Below are positions 39,479-53,064 of a stretch of 64,000 nt of DNA, one piece after another; the stretch's first letter is position 1; every line of letters starts with the position of its first letter. The stretch is taken from the NCBI GenBank assembly GCA_963845565.1, contig CAWJSJ010000002.1, positions 1,088,001 to 1,152,000 on the forward strand. Reading direction: 5' to 3'. The DNA comes from an uncultured Methylomirabilota bacterium (lineage in GTDB: Bacteria; Methylomirabilota; Methylomirabilia; Methylomirabilales; 2-02-FULL-66-22). The translations under genes and the position numbers were made by a program. Under the pieces are notes generated by a model. It saw nothing but the letters and a program-made list of their open reading frames with translations. It made no database searches and had not been told where the DNA came from.

Positions 39479-41062
39479 ATGCTCAACACGCCGAGAGGGA
39501 CGCAGGGCATGGTCGTGGCGCCGCATCACCTGGCCGCGCAGGCGGGCCTGGCCGTACTACGGGAGGGTGGGAATGCCGTCGAGGCCATGGTCGCCGCCGC
39601 CAGCACCGTCGCGGTGGTCTACCCGCACATGAACAGCATCGGCGGGGACAACTTCTGGCTGATTGCCGAGCCGGGGCGAGAACCGGTGGCCATCATGGCC
39701 TGCGGGGGCGCCGGCGAGAAGGCCACCGCGGAGTTCTACCGCGGGCACGCGAGCATCCCGACGCGCGGGCCGCTGGCGGCGAACACGGTGGCGGGGGCGA
39801 TCTCGGGTTGGGATGCGGCGCTGGCGGTGAGCAAGCGGTGGGGCGGGCGGCTGCCGCTGGGCCGGATTCTGGCGGACGCGGTTTCTTACGGCCGGAACGG
39901 CGCTCCTGTGACGGTGAGCCAGCACAAGAACACCACCGCCAAACTCCCCGAACTGAAAGATGTCCCAGGCTACGCCGGGCAGTTCCTGGTGAACGGGGCG
40001 CCCCCCGCGGTGGCGTCGCTCTTCCGTCAGCCACGGCTGGCGGCCACGCTCGAGCGTTTGGCCCGGGCGGGGCTCGACGACTTTTACCGGGGGGAGATCG
40101 CGGCGGCCAACGCGGCTGATCTGGCGCGGATCGGGAGCCCGGTGACGGCCGCGGACCTCCGGGCGCACCGCGCCCTGGAAACCACGCCGCTGCGCGTGAA
40201 CTTGCGGTCCGGGGTCGTCTATAACGTGCCTCCGCCGACGCAGGGGCTGGCGTCGCTCATGATCCTGGGCGCGTTCGACCGCTTGGGATGCGCCGAGGCC
40301 GAGGGCTTCCCGTTCCTCCATGGACTGGTGGAGTCCACCAAGCAGGCATTCCTGGTACGCGATCGCGTGGTCACGGATCCGGCGTACATGGCGGACGATC
40401 CCGCCGGCTTCCTCACCGACTCCCGGTTGGCGGAGATGGCCGGGCGGATTGACCCGCAGCGAGCCCTCCCGTGGCCCGCGCCCGCGCAGAGCGGGGATAC
40501 CGTGTGGCTGGGGGTCATTGACGGGCAGGGACGGGCCGTGAGCCTGATCCAGAGCATCTACTGGGAATTTGGCTCAGGAGTGGTCCTCGCTGATACGGGC
40601 GTGCTCTGGCAGAATCGCGGCGTGAGCTTCTCGCTTTCGGACACGGCGCTGAACGTCCTCCGGCCGGGGCGGAAACCCTTCCACACGCTCAACCCCGCCA
40701 TGGCCCAGCTCGCGGATGGTCGGCTGATGGTCTATGGAACCATGGGTGGGGAGGGGCAGCCCCAGACGCAGGCGGCCATCTTCGCCCGGCATGTCCTGTT
40801 CGGGCAAGAACTGCAGGCGGCCGTTACCGCGCCGCGCTGGCTGCTGGGGCGGACCTGGGGAGCGGCCAGCACGAACCTGAAGCTGGAGAGCCGATTCGAT
40901 CCCTCGGTGATCGAGGCGCTCCGGAAAGCCGGCCACGACGTCGAGGTGGTGGCGCCCTTCACCGATATCATGGGTCACGCCGGCGGCATCGTCCGGCACC
41001 CGTCGGGCGTTCTGGAAGGCGCCGCCGACCCGCGAGGCGACGGAGTGGTGGCGGCGTTCTAG
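39479..41062 (+). CDS. ggt: Gamma-glutamyltransferase family Ntn-hydrolase (HpxW/oxamate amidohydrolase-like)
   Basis: GMVVAPHHLA, YPHMNSIGGD, autoprocessing GDTVW, PFHTLNP, GTMGGEGQPQ. Confidence 0.9.
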   Translation: MLNTPRGTQGMVVAPHHLAAQAGLAVLREGGNAVEAMVAAASTVAVVYPHMNSIGGDNFWLIAEPGREPVAIMACGGAGEKATAEFYRGHASIPTRGPLAANTVAGAISGWDAALAVSKRWGGRLPLGRILADAVSYGRNGAPVTVSQHKNTTAKLPELKDVPGYAGQFLVNGAPPAVASLFRQPRLAATLERLARAGLDDFYRGEIAAANAADLARIGSPVTAADLRAHRALETTPLRVNLRSGVVYNVPPPTQGLASLMILGAFDRLGCAEAEGFPFLHGLVESTKQAFLVRDRVVTDPAYMADDPAGFLTDSRLAEMAGRIDPQRALPWPAPAQSGDTVWLGVIDGQGRAVSLIQSIYWEFGSGVVLADTGVLWQNRGVSFSLSDTALNVLRPGRKPFHTLNPAMAQLADGRLMVYGTMGGEGQPQTQAAIFARHVLFGQELQAAVTAPRWLLGRTWGAASTNLKLESRFDPSVIEALRKAGHDVEVVAPFTDIMGHAGGIVRHPSGVLEGAADPRGDGVVAAF

Positions 41063-41232
41063 ACCGTCTCCGCCGTGCCTGGTGCCGCAGATACTCCCCG
41101 GCATCCCGGGGGCGTGGCCTGCACGCGGCCGCAGGGGCACCCCGGCGCCTCCCGTCGGGCGTGCGAGACGGCCCGCGGCCCGGTCGTCGCGCGGCCCCCA
41201 AGAGCAGATTCTTCACCTCACCTCGCCCACCA

Positions 41233-42315
41233 TTACCACCACCTCAGCTGTCTGGCGGCGTGGCAGCGGGTAAAGACTCGCAGGAAATTGAGGCCCATGA
41301 AGGCCGAAATCTCCAAAGTTCCGAGCCCGCCGGCCCGCATGGCATCGGTCAGCAAGCCGACATCGCCGATATCTTCCCATCCCTGAATCCTGTCAGGCAG
41401 CCCGCCGCCGCCGTCGGTCCCCAGGCCGATATGCCGCATTCCAAAATACATTTTGAAGACCTTGATCTCCTCGACCCAGTCAGCGAAGGTCAGGCGGTTG
41501 ACCGGATTGCCGCCAATGGCGAGCGGCCAGGTGCACACGACCCCGCCCGTCTCTACTATCGCGGCCATTTCATCGTAAAGCCGCAGGCGTCCGGGGCCTC
41601 TGCTTGTTACATTCGGGGGCAGGGGGCTCGTGTGGGAGTCGATGATGGGCGCGCGTGCGCACGCCGCGACGTCGAACAATGTCTGCGTGCTTGCGTGCGC
41701 CACGTCGACGACCATGCCCAGCCTGTTCATGCGCGCGACGACCTGGCGCCCGAAATCGGTCAGCCCCCCGTCGCTTGAATCGGAGGAGCTGTAACGCCGC
41801 ATATCGTGGCCGATCGCGTTGTCGCCGCTTCGGTTCACGGTGCCGTGGACAAGGGTGATCATGCGGACGCCCAGGTTGTAGAACTCGTTCACGCGTTCTA
41901 TCTCTGTCCCGATCGCGTCCCCGGCCTCGATGGCGAGGATCGCATGGATCGGCCCCCTGGGGTTCGGCTGCAACGGGATATCGCGGGGCTGCCGTACGAT
42001 CCTGACGAGCCCCGCCGCCTCGAGGTCGTGTACGAGCTGGATGCTCTCCAGCGCCTTGATATAGGCCGAGTCGGCCCCGACCGCGGTGTAGTTGTCCCCC
42101 ATGACGGCGATCGTTGTGGCCGAGAGTTTCGCGCTACGAATCGCATCGAACGTGTGCTCCGCCGTGCCAGGCACATGGGCGTGCGCGTCGATGATCGGGA
42201 TGGCGAGCATCGGCAGGAGTTCCTGAGCGGACAACCGTCCCACCGGCAAGGCGCTCAAGGCTCCCGCGGACAACCCGTAGCGCACCACCTTGGACAGAAA
42301 CTCTCTTCGCTCCAT
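41233..42315 (-). CDS. Membrane dipeptidase (peptidase M19), Tat-exported
   Basis: MERREFL Tat motif; DAHAH, IEAG, GLTDFGR..V..MNRLGMVVDVAH, DSHT, GLGTD. Confidence 0.85.
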   Translation of the reverse strand: MERREFLSKVVRYGLSAGALSALPVGRLSAQELLPMLAIPIIDAHAHVPGTAEHTFDAIRSAKLSATTIAVMGDNYTAVGADSAYIKALESIQLVHDLEAAGLVRIVRQPRDIPLQPNPRGPIHAILAIEAGDAIGTEIERVNEFYNLGVRMITLVHGTVNRSGDNAIGHDMRRYSSSDSSDGGLTDFGRQVVARMNRLGMVVDVAHASTQTLFDVAACARAPIIDSHTSPLPPNVTSRGPGRLRLYDEMAAIVETGGVVCTWPLAIGGNPVNRLTFADWVEEIKVFKMYFGMRHIGLGTDGGGGLPDRIQGWEDIGDVGLLTDAMRAGGLGTLEISAFMGLNFLRVFTRCHAARQLRWW

Positions 42316-42334
42316 AGGGACCTCCTCTCTCGGG

Positions 42335-42372
42335 AAAACAAAAAGCCAAGGCACCCGAAACGGGTGCTTGGC
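42335..42372 (-). terminator. Intrinsic terminator in the dipeptidase 5' leader
   Basis: Minus strand GCCAAGCACCCG-TTT-CGGGTGCCTTGGC-TTTTTGTTTT, about 20 nt before the start codon. Confidence 0.75.
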
Positions 42373-42658
42373 CGTCAAACGCGACAGGGGGATGATCTCG
42401 TCATCCGGACTCTCCTGCCGAGGCGTCTTCACATGAGAGCGAACCGAATGTAGCAGCGCGTCAAACGCGGCGTCAAGAAAATAGGGGCTCCTCGTGATTT
42501 GTGATCCTACGCAGGACCGCTCAGTGTACGGCGCGGCGGCGACTGGCGTCAGGTCTGCCGAACCGCCGCGCGGCGATATCGCATCTGCCACGCGGCGCGT
42601 GTGGCTTTATGGCCAGGGAGTCTCCTCTGCTCACCTCGTCTCGCCCGCGCGGCAGAGA

Positions 42659-44301
<1,643 letters not shown>

Positions 44302-44618
44302 TTCCACCTCCCGTGCCATCTCAGGTGAAGTTACCCAGGTTGCGTGCATCCTCGAACGAGGGTGCTCGCCGCCACCTTCCTGGTTCCGCGTCACAGATCG
44401 TGGGCGCCGCCGAGTCGAGCCGCGGCGCGCCCGCTCCTCGAGCACGAATGGCGTCGGCCGCTCCTCGGGGAGGCGCGGGCGACGGATGTCGCGCGAACTC
44501 CGAAAGCGACCCGAACACGCCTGCGGCGAAAACCGCTCCGCCTGTGTGTGATGGCACAATAGTCACGGGTGGATCGTGTCAAGGTCCGGGGCCTCGCCGT
44601 CCGGGGCCCTGCGTGGCG

Positions 44619-47768
<3,150 letters not shown>

Positions 47769-47917
47769 CTACCCCAGGCTCATAGGCCGAAACATTTCGC
47801 CACAAAAGGCACAAGACACACAAATGGCTCCATCGTCTGGAGCTGTCGGCGAGACTGCACGAAAGAAATGATCCTCGCGCCGAGGGTTCAGTCGAGAGAT
47901 ACTGCTGCGAGGATCTC

Positions 47918-49441
47918 TTACTCCACGGCGCCCTGGAGGAGCCAGCGTCGGCGCTGGCGGTCGTAGTAGACCCACAGGACATCCCCCCGCCGCACCTCGA
48001 CGAAGTAGTACTCGCGGTGGACAGGGCGGACCCACCAGCCGCCGGAGATCACGTACGGCCCGATCCGACGCACGACCGGCCCGTGATCGGCCCCGCGGAT
48101 TGGCTGGTCGGCGCCTTCTGCGATCTGCAGGCCCGCCGGGGGCGTTTCCGGGCGCTCCACGATCCGGCGGACCAGGACGGGTAACATCCCGGCCGCTCTC
48201 GCCGGTCCGGCAGCCGGCTCCGTCTCGCCGCTCCCCTCGAGCCGCTCCAGCGGCTCCCAGAGGAAGGCGGCCTCGGGGAGGTGGCCCTCGCACACCCGCG
48301 CCCGGACCACGGCCGCGTTTCCAAGCTCGGCCCGGACGCGCGCCAGCGCCCGGTTGGCGGCCTCGAGGTCTCGCCGCGGCGTGTGGGCGAAGAGCTGTGT
48401 CTGCGACCGGTCGAGCGGCGCGCCGGTCAGCTCGGCCTCCATCGCCTCGACCCTTCCCGGGGACGACGATTCCAGCCGCAGGCGGACCAGTTCCAGGAGC
48501 GGCTGGGCGGCGCGGGCCGGCTGCGCCGGACGGATCACCTCGTGCCGGGTGCCCGGGGGATCGAGGTGCAGGTGGAGGGAAAGCTCCGTCGCCCCCTCGC
48601 GCCGCGCCGCAAGCCGGGTAAGGAGCGGATCGAGGAGCTGTTTCAGGACGAACAGCAGCCGGGGGAGGTCGTCATCGGCGAACCCGAGATCGATCTGGGC
48701 TGTCAGTCGCTCGACAGGCGGCACGGGGTGCAGCGGAGTCCAGGCCGCGCCGGAGGCCAGATCGTGGATCTGGGCGGCCGGCCCGTCGAATCGCTCGCGA
48801 AGCCCGCCTGCGGGCAGCGTGAGGAGGTCGCCCAACGTCGCCACGCCGAGCTTTGCCAGGTCGTCGCATTGCTCCGGCGGGAGGCCCAGCCGGTCGAGGG
48901 ACGCGGCGCGGGCAGCATGTCGCTCCTCGGCGGAGCTTTCGAACACGAGAGGATCGGCGTTCTCGGCGGTGCGGGAGCGGGCGGTGGCGTAGGTGCCGTA
49001 GCGGGTGAAGCCGACGACGACCCGGGCGGCAAATCCGATCCCGCCAAGGCCATCGCGGATCGCCCGCCCCCAGCTGGCGGCGGACCGGAACACTCCGTCG
49101 AGTCCGGCGCCGTCGAGCCAGAACACCCCCGGCTCCTCGGAGCTGGGCTCGATGTGCGGGGAGAAGTGTCGCAGGCGTTCGGTGATCTGCCGGACGGCGT
49201 CGGCGATCTCGTCCGGCCGGACGGTGCCGGCACGCAGCTCCCCCGAGAGCGAGAGCGCCGTGGTGTAGCGCATCCCCGGCAGGATCCGGAGCCGCCGGGC
49301 GCGCTCGCTGACCCAGAGGAGGCGAGCCTGGGGGCTCTCCTCGGCCACCACGGCCACAGGACTGTTCACCCACTCGGGGTGCCGCCGGCCCAGGAGTTGA
49401 AGCGGCAGCGCCGGGATGTCAACGCAGGCCAGCCGGCCCAC
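47918..49441 (-). CDS. imuB: ImuB, Y-family polymerase-like accessory protein
   Basis: GMRYTTALSL, FSPHIE, C-terminal GPYVISGGWW...REYY...WLLQG; position in cassette. Confidence 0.88.
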   Translation of the reverse strand: MGRLACVDIPALPLQLLGRRHPEWVNSPVAVVAEESPQARLLWVSERARRLRILPGMRYTTALSLSGELRAGTVRPDEIADAVRQITERLRHFSPHIEPSSEEPGVFWLDGAGLDGVFRSAASWGRAIRDGLGGIGFAARVVVGFTRYGTYATARSRTAENADPLVFESSAEERHAARAASLDRLGLPPEQCDDLAKLGVATLGDLLTLPAGGLRERFDGPAAQIHDLASGAAWTPLHPVPPVERLTAQIDLGFADDDLPRLLFVLKQLLDPLLTRLAARREGATELSLHLHLDPPGTRHEVIRPAQPARAAQPLLELVRLRLESSSPGRVEAMEAELTGAPLDRSQTQLFAHTPRRDLEAANRALARVRAELGNAAVVRARVCEGHLPEAAFLWEPLERLEGSGETEPAAGPARAAGMLPVLVRRIVERPETPPAGLQIAEGADQPIRGADHGPVVRRIGPYVISGGWWVRPVHREYYFVEVRRGDVLWVYYDRQRRRWLLQGAVE

Positions 49442-50048
49442 GGCGCACCTCCGTGTGTGTCCAGCCGGGACCTCTCCGCTTGTCTTTGAGCGCCCGTACG
49501 GTGCAGAGGTATCGGCCGGCGCCGGCCTCCTCCCGAGACGCCTCGCAGCGCAGCGAGACGAGCGAACCCAGCGAGGCGCGCTCGGCGGCCTTCTCGGTTA
49601 CGAAGACGATCGCGGCCCCATGCGTCTGCGCGGCGGCCGTGAGGCGGGACTGCAGAGGAACCGGCACGGCGGCGTCGGTACCGACAAGATCCAGCACGAC
49701 CAGACCGAAGCCCCCCGATTGGACCAGCCGCCAGGCGGCTCGCGCCGCCGCAGGGGCATCGGGTGCGAACACCACCGGGAGCCGGGCAAGATCCGCTCCG
49801 TTTTCCGCTGCATCGGGCGGGAAGAACGTGCTCCGGCGGTTTGTGATCCAGGCGGCGGTCTCGCCGACCTGCTGCGCCTCGCAGACGAGACCTGCGGCCA
49901 GGGAGAGCCGCGCGGTCGGCCCGAGCCCGGACAGTTCGCTCAGGCGTCCGACGAGCGCCTCGACACCCCAGCGGCCCGAGCCGGGGCACGCCGCCTGTCG
50001 GGCAGACAGGGTGGAGAGGGTGACGAGTTGAGCCGTGGGACGTGTCAT
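49419..50048 (-). CDS. imuA: ImuA, RecA-like protein
   Basis: GRLSELSG, FFPPDAAENGADL, SGGFGLVVLDL; first gene of cassette. Confidence 0.85.
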   Translation of the reverse strand: MTRPTAQLVTLSTLSARQAACPGSGRWGVEALVGRLSELSGLGPTARLSLAAGLVCEAQQVGETAAWITNRRSTFFPPDAAENGADLARLPVVFAPDAPAAARAAWRLVQSGGFGLVVLDLVGTDAAVPVPLQSRLTAAAQTHGAAIVFVTEKAAERASLGSLVSLRCEASREEAGAGRYLCTVRALKDKRRGPGWTHTEVRRGPAGLR

Positions 50049-50160
50049 ATGTCTGAACAGGGCTCATACGCGGGATAGCGAGGGTCGATACCTTTGGGGT
50101 TCCCGTCGCCTGGCTGAAGTCTGGTCGCACCCGCCGACTACCTCCCGGATTGCGACAGAA

Positions 50161-50189
50161 CGTATACCATACAAATGTTTGGCTTTCAA
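50161..50189 (-). promoter_or_regulatory. Promoter of the imuABC cassette with possible LexA box in the spacer
   Basis: TTGAAA-N17-TATACG; spacer contains CAAAC-ATTT-GTATG. Confidence 0.55.
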
Positions 50190-50499
50190 GTAAAAGCCGA
50201 TCCGCGACCGTCGGCCCACGAATGAATACAAGAATGCCAATGTTCTAGGCAGTTTGCGCCTGTCTGTGGGCCGGACATTTGGCGACATTTGGATTGACAG
50301 ACATGGACGGCCGGTGCTAGCGTCCCCCGCGAAACCGCTTCTCCTCAATCTCTTTACCCGGTCAGGCCATTCGTGGGGGTTGCTCGCCCTCGGCAGTGCG
50401 ACGGTGGCCGTGCGGCGCTTTCACTGTTCGACTCCTCGTGGACCTGACGGTGTGCATCGATCCTTGGGCCAAACACGACACGCCAACACGGAGTCTGCC

Positions 50500-50937
50500 A
50501 TGACGGAACCCCTCATCACCGGCACCGCCCCTCGCGGACAGAGCCCGAAAGACATCGTGAATATCGTGCAGCAGTTCATGCTGGCCTCGATGGCGAGCGA
50601 TCGCGCGACCACCGATCGCTACCTTGCCCCGAACGCCGTGATCACCTTCACCGGCGGGCGCAAGTTCGCCAAACCCGAAGAGGTGGGGCGCTTCAACGCC
50701 GGTCGGTACCGGTGGGTGAAGAAAGCCATCGAGCGATGGGATGTCACGTACGAGGGGAACGAGATCGTTGCCTATAGCATCGGCACGCTCTACGGCGAGT
50801 GGCCCGATGGCACCCCGTTCCAGGGCAATCGCTACATCGACCGCTTCGTCATCGTCGACGGCAAGATCACCACGATGGATGTCTGGAACGACAGCGCCGA
50901 GATCCTGTTGCGCCGGGCCGGGCTGGCACAGGACTAA
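50500..50937 (+). CDS. NTF2/SnoaL-like protein
   Basis: GTLYGEWPDGTPFQGNRYIDRF...MDVWNDSAE. Confidence 0.8.
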   Translation: MTEPLITGTAPRGQSPKDIVNIVQQFMLASMASDRATTDRYLAPNAVITFTGGRKFAKPEEVGRFNAGRYRWVKKAIERWDVTYEGNEIVAYSIGTLYGEWPDGTPFQGNRYIDRFVIVDGKITTMDVWNDSAEILLRRAGLAQD

Positions 50938-51026
50938 GGTGATTTTCTGCCCACGATATGCGCACGCACCCCCCGCGCGTGTCGAAAGGGCGGGCAGGCG
51001 GCGGTTCAACCGAGAAGGAGGTCTCC

Positions 51027-52193
51027 ATGCAACGCATCACGCTTCTGCTGTTGGTTCTTACGATCGGCTGTGTCCTTCCTGTGGCGTCCCAGGCAGGTGA
51101 GCCCATCAAGATCGGTCTGACCGCGGCGGTGTCGGGCGGCTCGGCCGCTTCGGGCGAAGCCATCAAGAAGGGCCTCCAGATCGCCATGGACGAGATCAAC
51201 GCCAAGGGACTCCTCGGCGGTCGCAAGCTGGAACTGGTCATCCGCGACGACGAGGGCAACCCGGCCAAGGGGGTGACCATCGCGCGGGAGCTGGTCGAGC
51301 GCGAGAAGGCGGTCGCCATCTTCGGCGGCCTGCACACCACGGTGGCGCTTGCCCAGGTGCCGGTCTGGCACGAGCTCCGGACGCCCTACATGGGCGTCTG
51401 GGCCGCGGGCACCGAGATCGCCCGCAACGGCAAGAGCCCCAACTTCGTCTTCCGCGTTTCGGCCAACGACGACTATGTGGACAAGTTCCTGGTGCGCTAT
51501 GCGACGGACACGCTGAAGAAGTCCAAGCCGGGCCTGTTGCTCGAGAACACCGCCTGGGGGCAGTCCAACGAGGCCGGTCTGAACAAGTATCTGGGCCAGA
51601 AGAATATCAAACCGGTCGGCACCGAGAAATTCAACTGGAACGATCCGGACATGAGCCCGCAGCTGCTGCGACTGAAGAACGCCGGGGCCGACCACGTCAT
51701 CCTGGTGGGGAACGCCCCCGAGGCAGCGCAGGTGGTGAAATCCCGCGCCAAGATCGGCTGGGAGATTCCCATGGTGTCGCACTGGGGGGTGTCGGGCGGC
51801 CGATTCGCAGAGCTGACGGGCGACCTCTCCGACGGCGTGGTCTTCTTCCAGACCTACTCGTTCTTCGGGAAGCAGAACGAGCGGGGCCAGTACGTCCTGA
51901 AGACGCTGAAGGACAAGTACGGCGTGAAGGGGCCGGAAGAAATCATCGCTCCGGTGGGCGTCGCCAACGCGTACGACGGGCTGCACCTGGTGGCGGTGGC
52001 GATCGAGCAGGCCGGGGCGACGGATGGCGTGAAGCTGCGCGACGCTCTGGAGAACCTGAAGGCCGAGCACAAGGGGCTGATCAAGACCTACAAGCGGCCG
52101 TTCACGCCCGACCAGCACGACGCCTTGACCGACGAGGACTACGTCCTGGTGGTCTGGAAGGGCGGGAAGATCGTGCCCGTGGCGATGAAATAG
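51027..52193 (+). CDS. LivK-type ABC substrate-binding protein
   Basis: AAGGAGGT RBS; signal peptide; INAKGLLGGRKLEL..RDDEGNP. Confidence 0.9.
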   Translation: MQRITLLLLVLTIGCVLPVASQAGEPIKIGLTAAVSGGSAASGEAIKKGLQIAMDEINAKGLLGGRKLELVIRDDEGNPAKGVTIARELVEREKAVAIFGGLHTTVALAQVPVWHELRTPYMGVWAAGTEIARNGKSPNFVFRVSANDDYVDKFLVRYATDTLKKSKPGLLLENTAWGQSNEAGLNKYLGQKNIKPVGTEKFNWNDPDMSPQLLRLKNAGADHVILVGNAPEAAQVVKSRAKIGWEIPMVSHWGVSGGRFAELTGDLSDGVVFFQTYSFFGKQNERGQYVLKTLKDKYGVKGPEEIIAPVGVANAYDGLHLVAVAIEQAGATDGVKLRDALENLKAEHKGLIKTYKRPFTPDQHDALTDEDYVLVVWKGGKIVPVAMK

Positions 52194-52194
52194 G

Positions 52195-53064
52195 GTGATC
52201 GTCCAGCTGCTGGTCACGGGGATCGCGCTGGGGAGCATGTACGGGCTGGTGGCCCTGGGATACCACATCACCTGGGTCACCAGCCGGACCATGAACTTCT
52301 CGCAGGGCCACGCGGTGATGGCGGGGGCGGTCGTGGCCTTCGCCTTCTACGTGGGGCTGGGCTGGCCGCTCTGGGCCGCGGTGCTGGCGACGCTCGTCAT
52401 CCTCGCCGCCCTCGGCATCGGGCTCGAGCGCGTGGCAGTCCGGCCCTTCTTCCGCGTGGCCTCGCCCGCCTGGCTGCTCTCCACCATCGCCTGCGGCATC
52501 ATCGCCGAGAACGTGGCGATGCTCACCTTCGGCAAGGACGCCCGCGCCTTTCCCTCGGTCCTCACGCAAAAGCCCATCCTGGTGGGCGGGGCGGGGTTCT
52601 ATGCCCAGGAGCTGCTCATCCCGGTGGTGGGCCTCCTCCTGATGGGCGGCGTGCAGCTCTTCTACCACCGGACCGGGTACGGCAAGCAACTCAAGGCCGT
52701 GGCGTACAATCCCGAGGCGGCGGGTCTGATGGGCATCCACATCCCGCGGGCGGTCATGTGCGCCTATGGCCTCTCGGCGCTCCTGGCCGGGATCGCCGGG
52801 GTGCTCTTGGCGCCGGTGCTCAACGTGGCGGCGACCATGGGGACGATCATCGGACTCAAGGCGTTCGCCGTGGCGATCATCGGCGGGCTGAACTCGGCGC
52901 CGGGGATCATGGTGGCCGGGCTCGGGTACGGCCTGGTGGAATCCTTTGTGGCCGGGTACCTGTCCACGGGGGCGCGGGAGATCATCGGCTTCGCCCTGGT
53001 GATCCTGGTCCTGGTCGTGCGGCCCTGGGGTCTCCTGGGGAGCCGCCCCGCGAGGCGCGTCTGA
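52195..53064 (+). CDS. LivH-type ABC permease
   Basis: GSMYGLVALG...MNF; LKAFAVAIIGG. Confidence 0.9.
   Translation: MIVQLLVTGIALGSMYGLVALGYHITWVTSRTMNFSQGHAVMAGAVVAFAFYVGLGWPLWAAVLATLVILAALGIGLERVAVRPFFRVASPAWLLSTIACGIIAENVAMLTFGKDARAFPSVLTQKPILVGGAGFYAQELLIPVVGLLLMGGVQLFYHRTGYGKQLKAVAYNPEAAGLMGIHIPRAVMCAYGLSALLAGIAGVLLAPVLNVAATMGTIIGLKAFAVAIIGGLNSAPGIMVAGLGYGLVESFVAGYLSTGAREIIGFALVILVLVVRPWGLLGSRPARRV

Noticed and set aside
47800..47826. CACAAAAGGCACAAGACACACAAA low-complexity motif between imuB and dnaE2
   Set aside because: Single short occurrence in the window; no supportable function.
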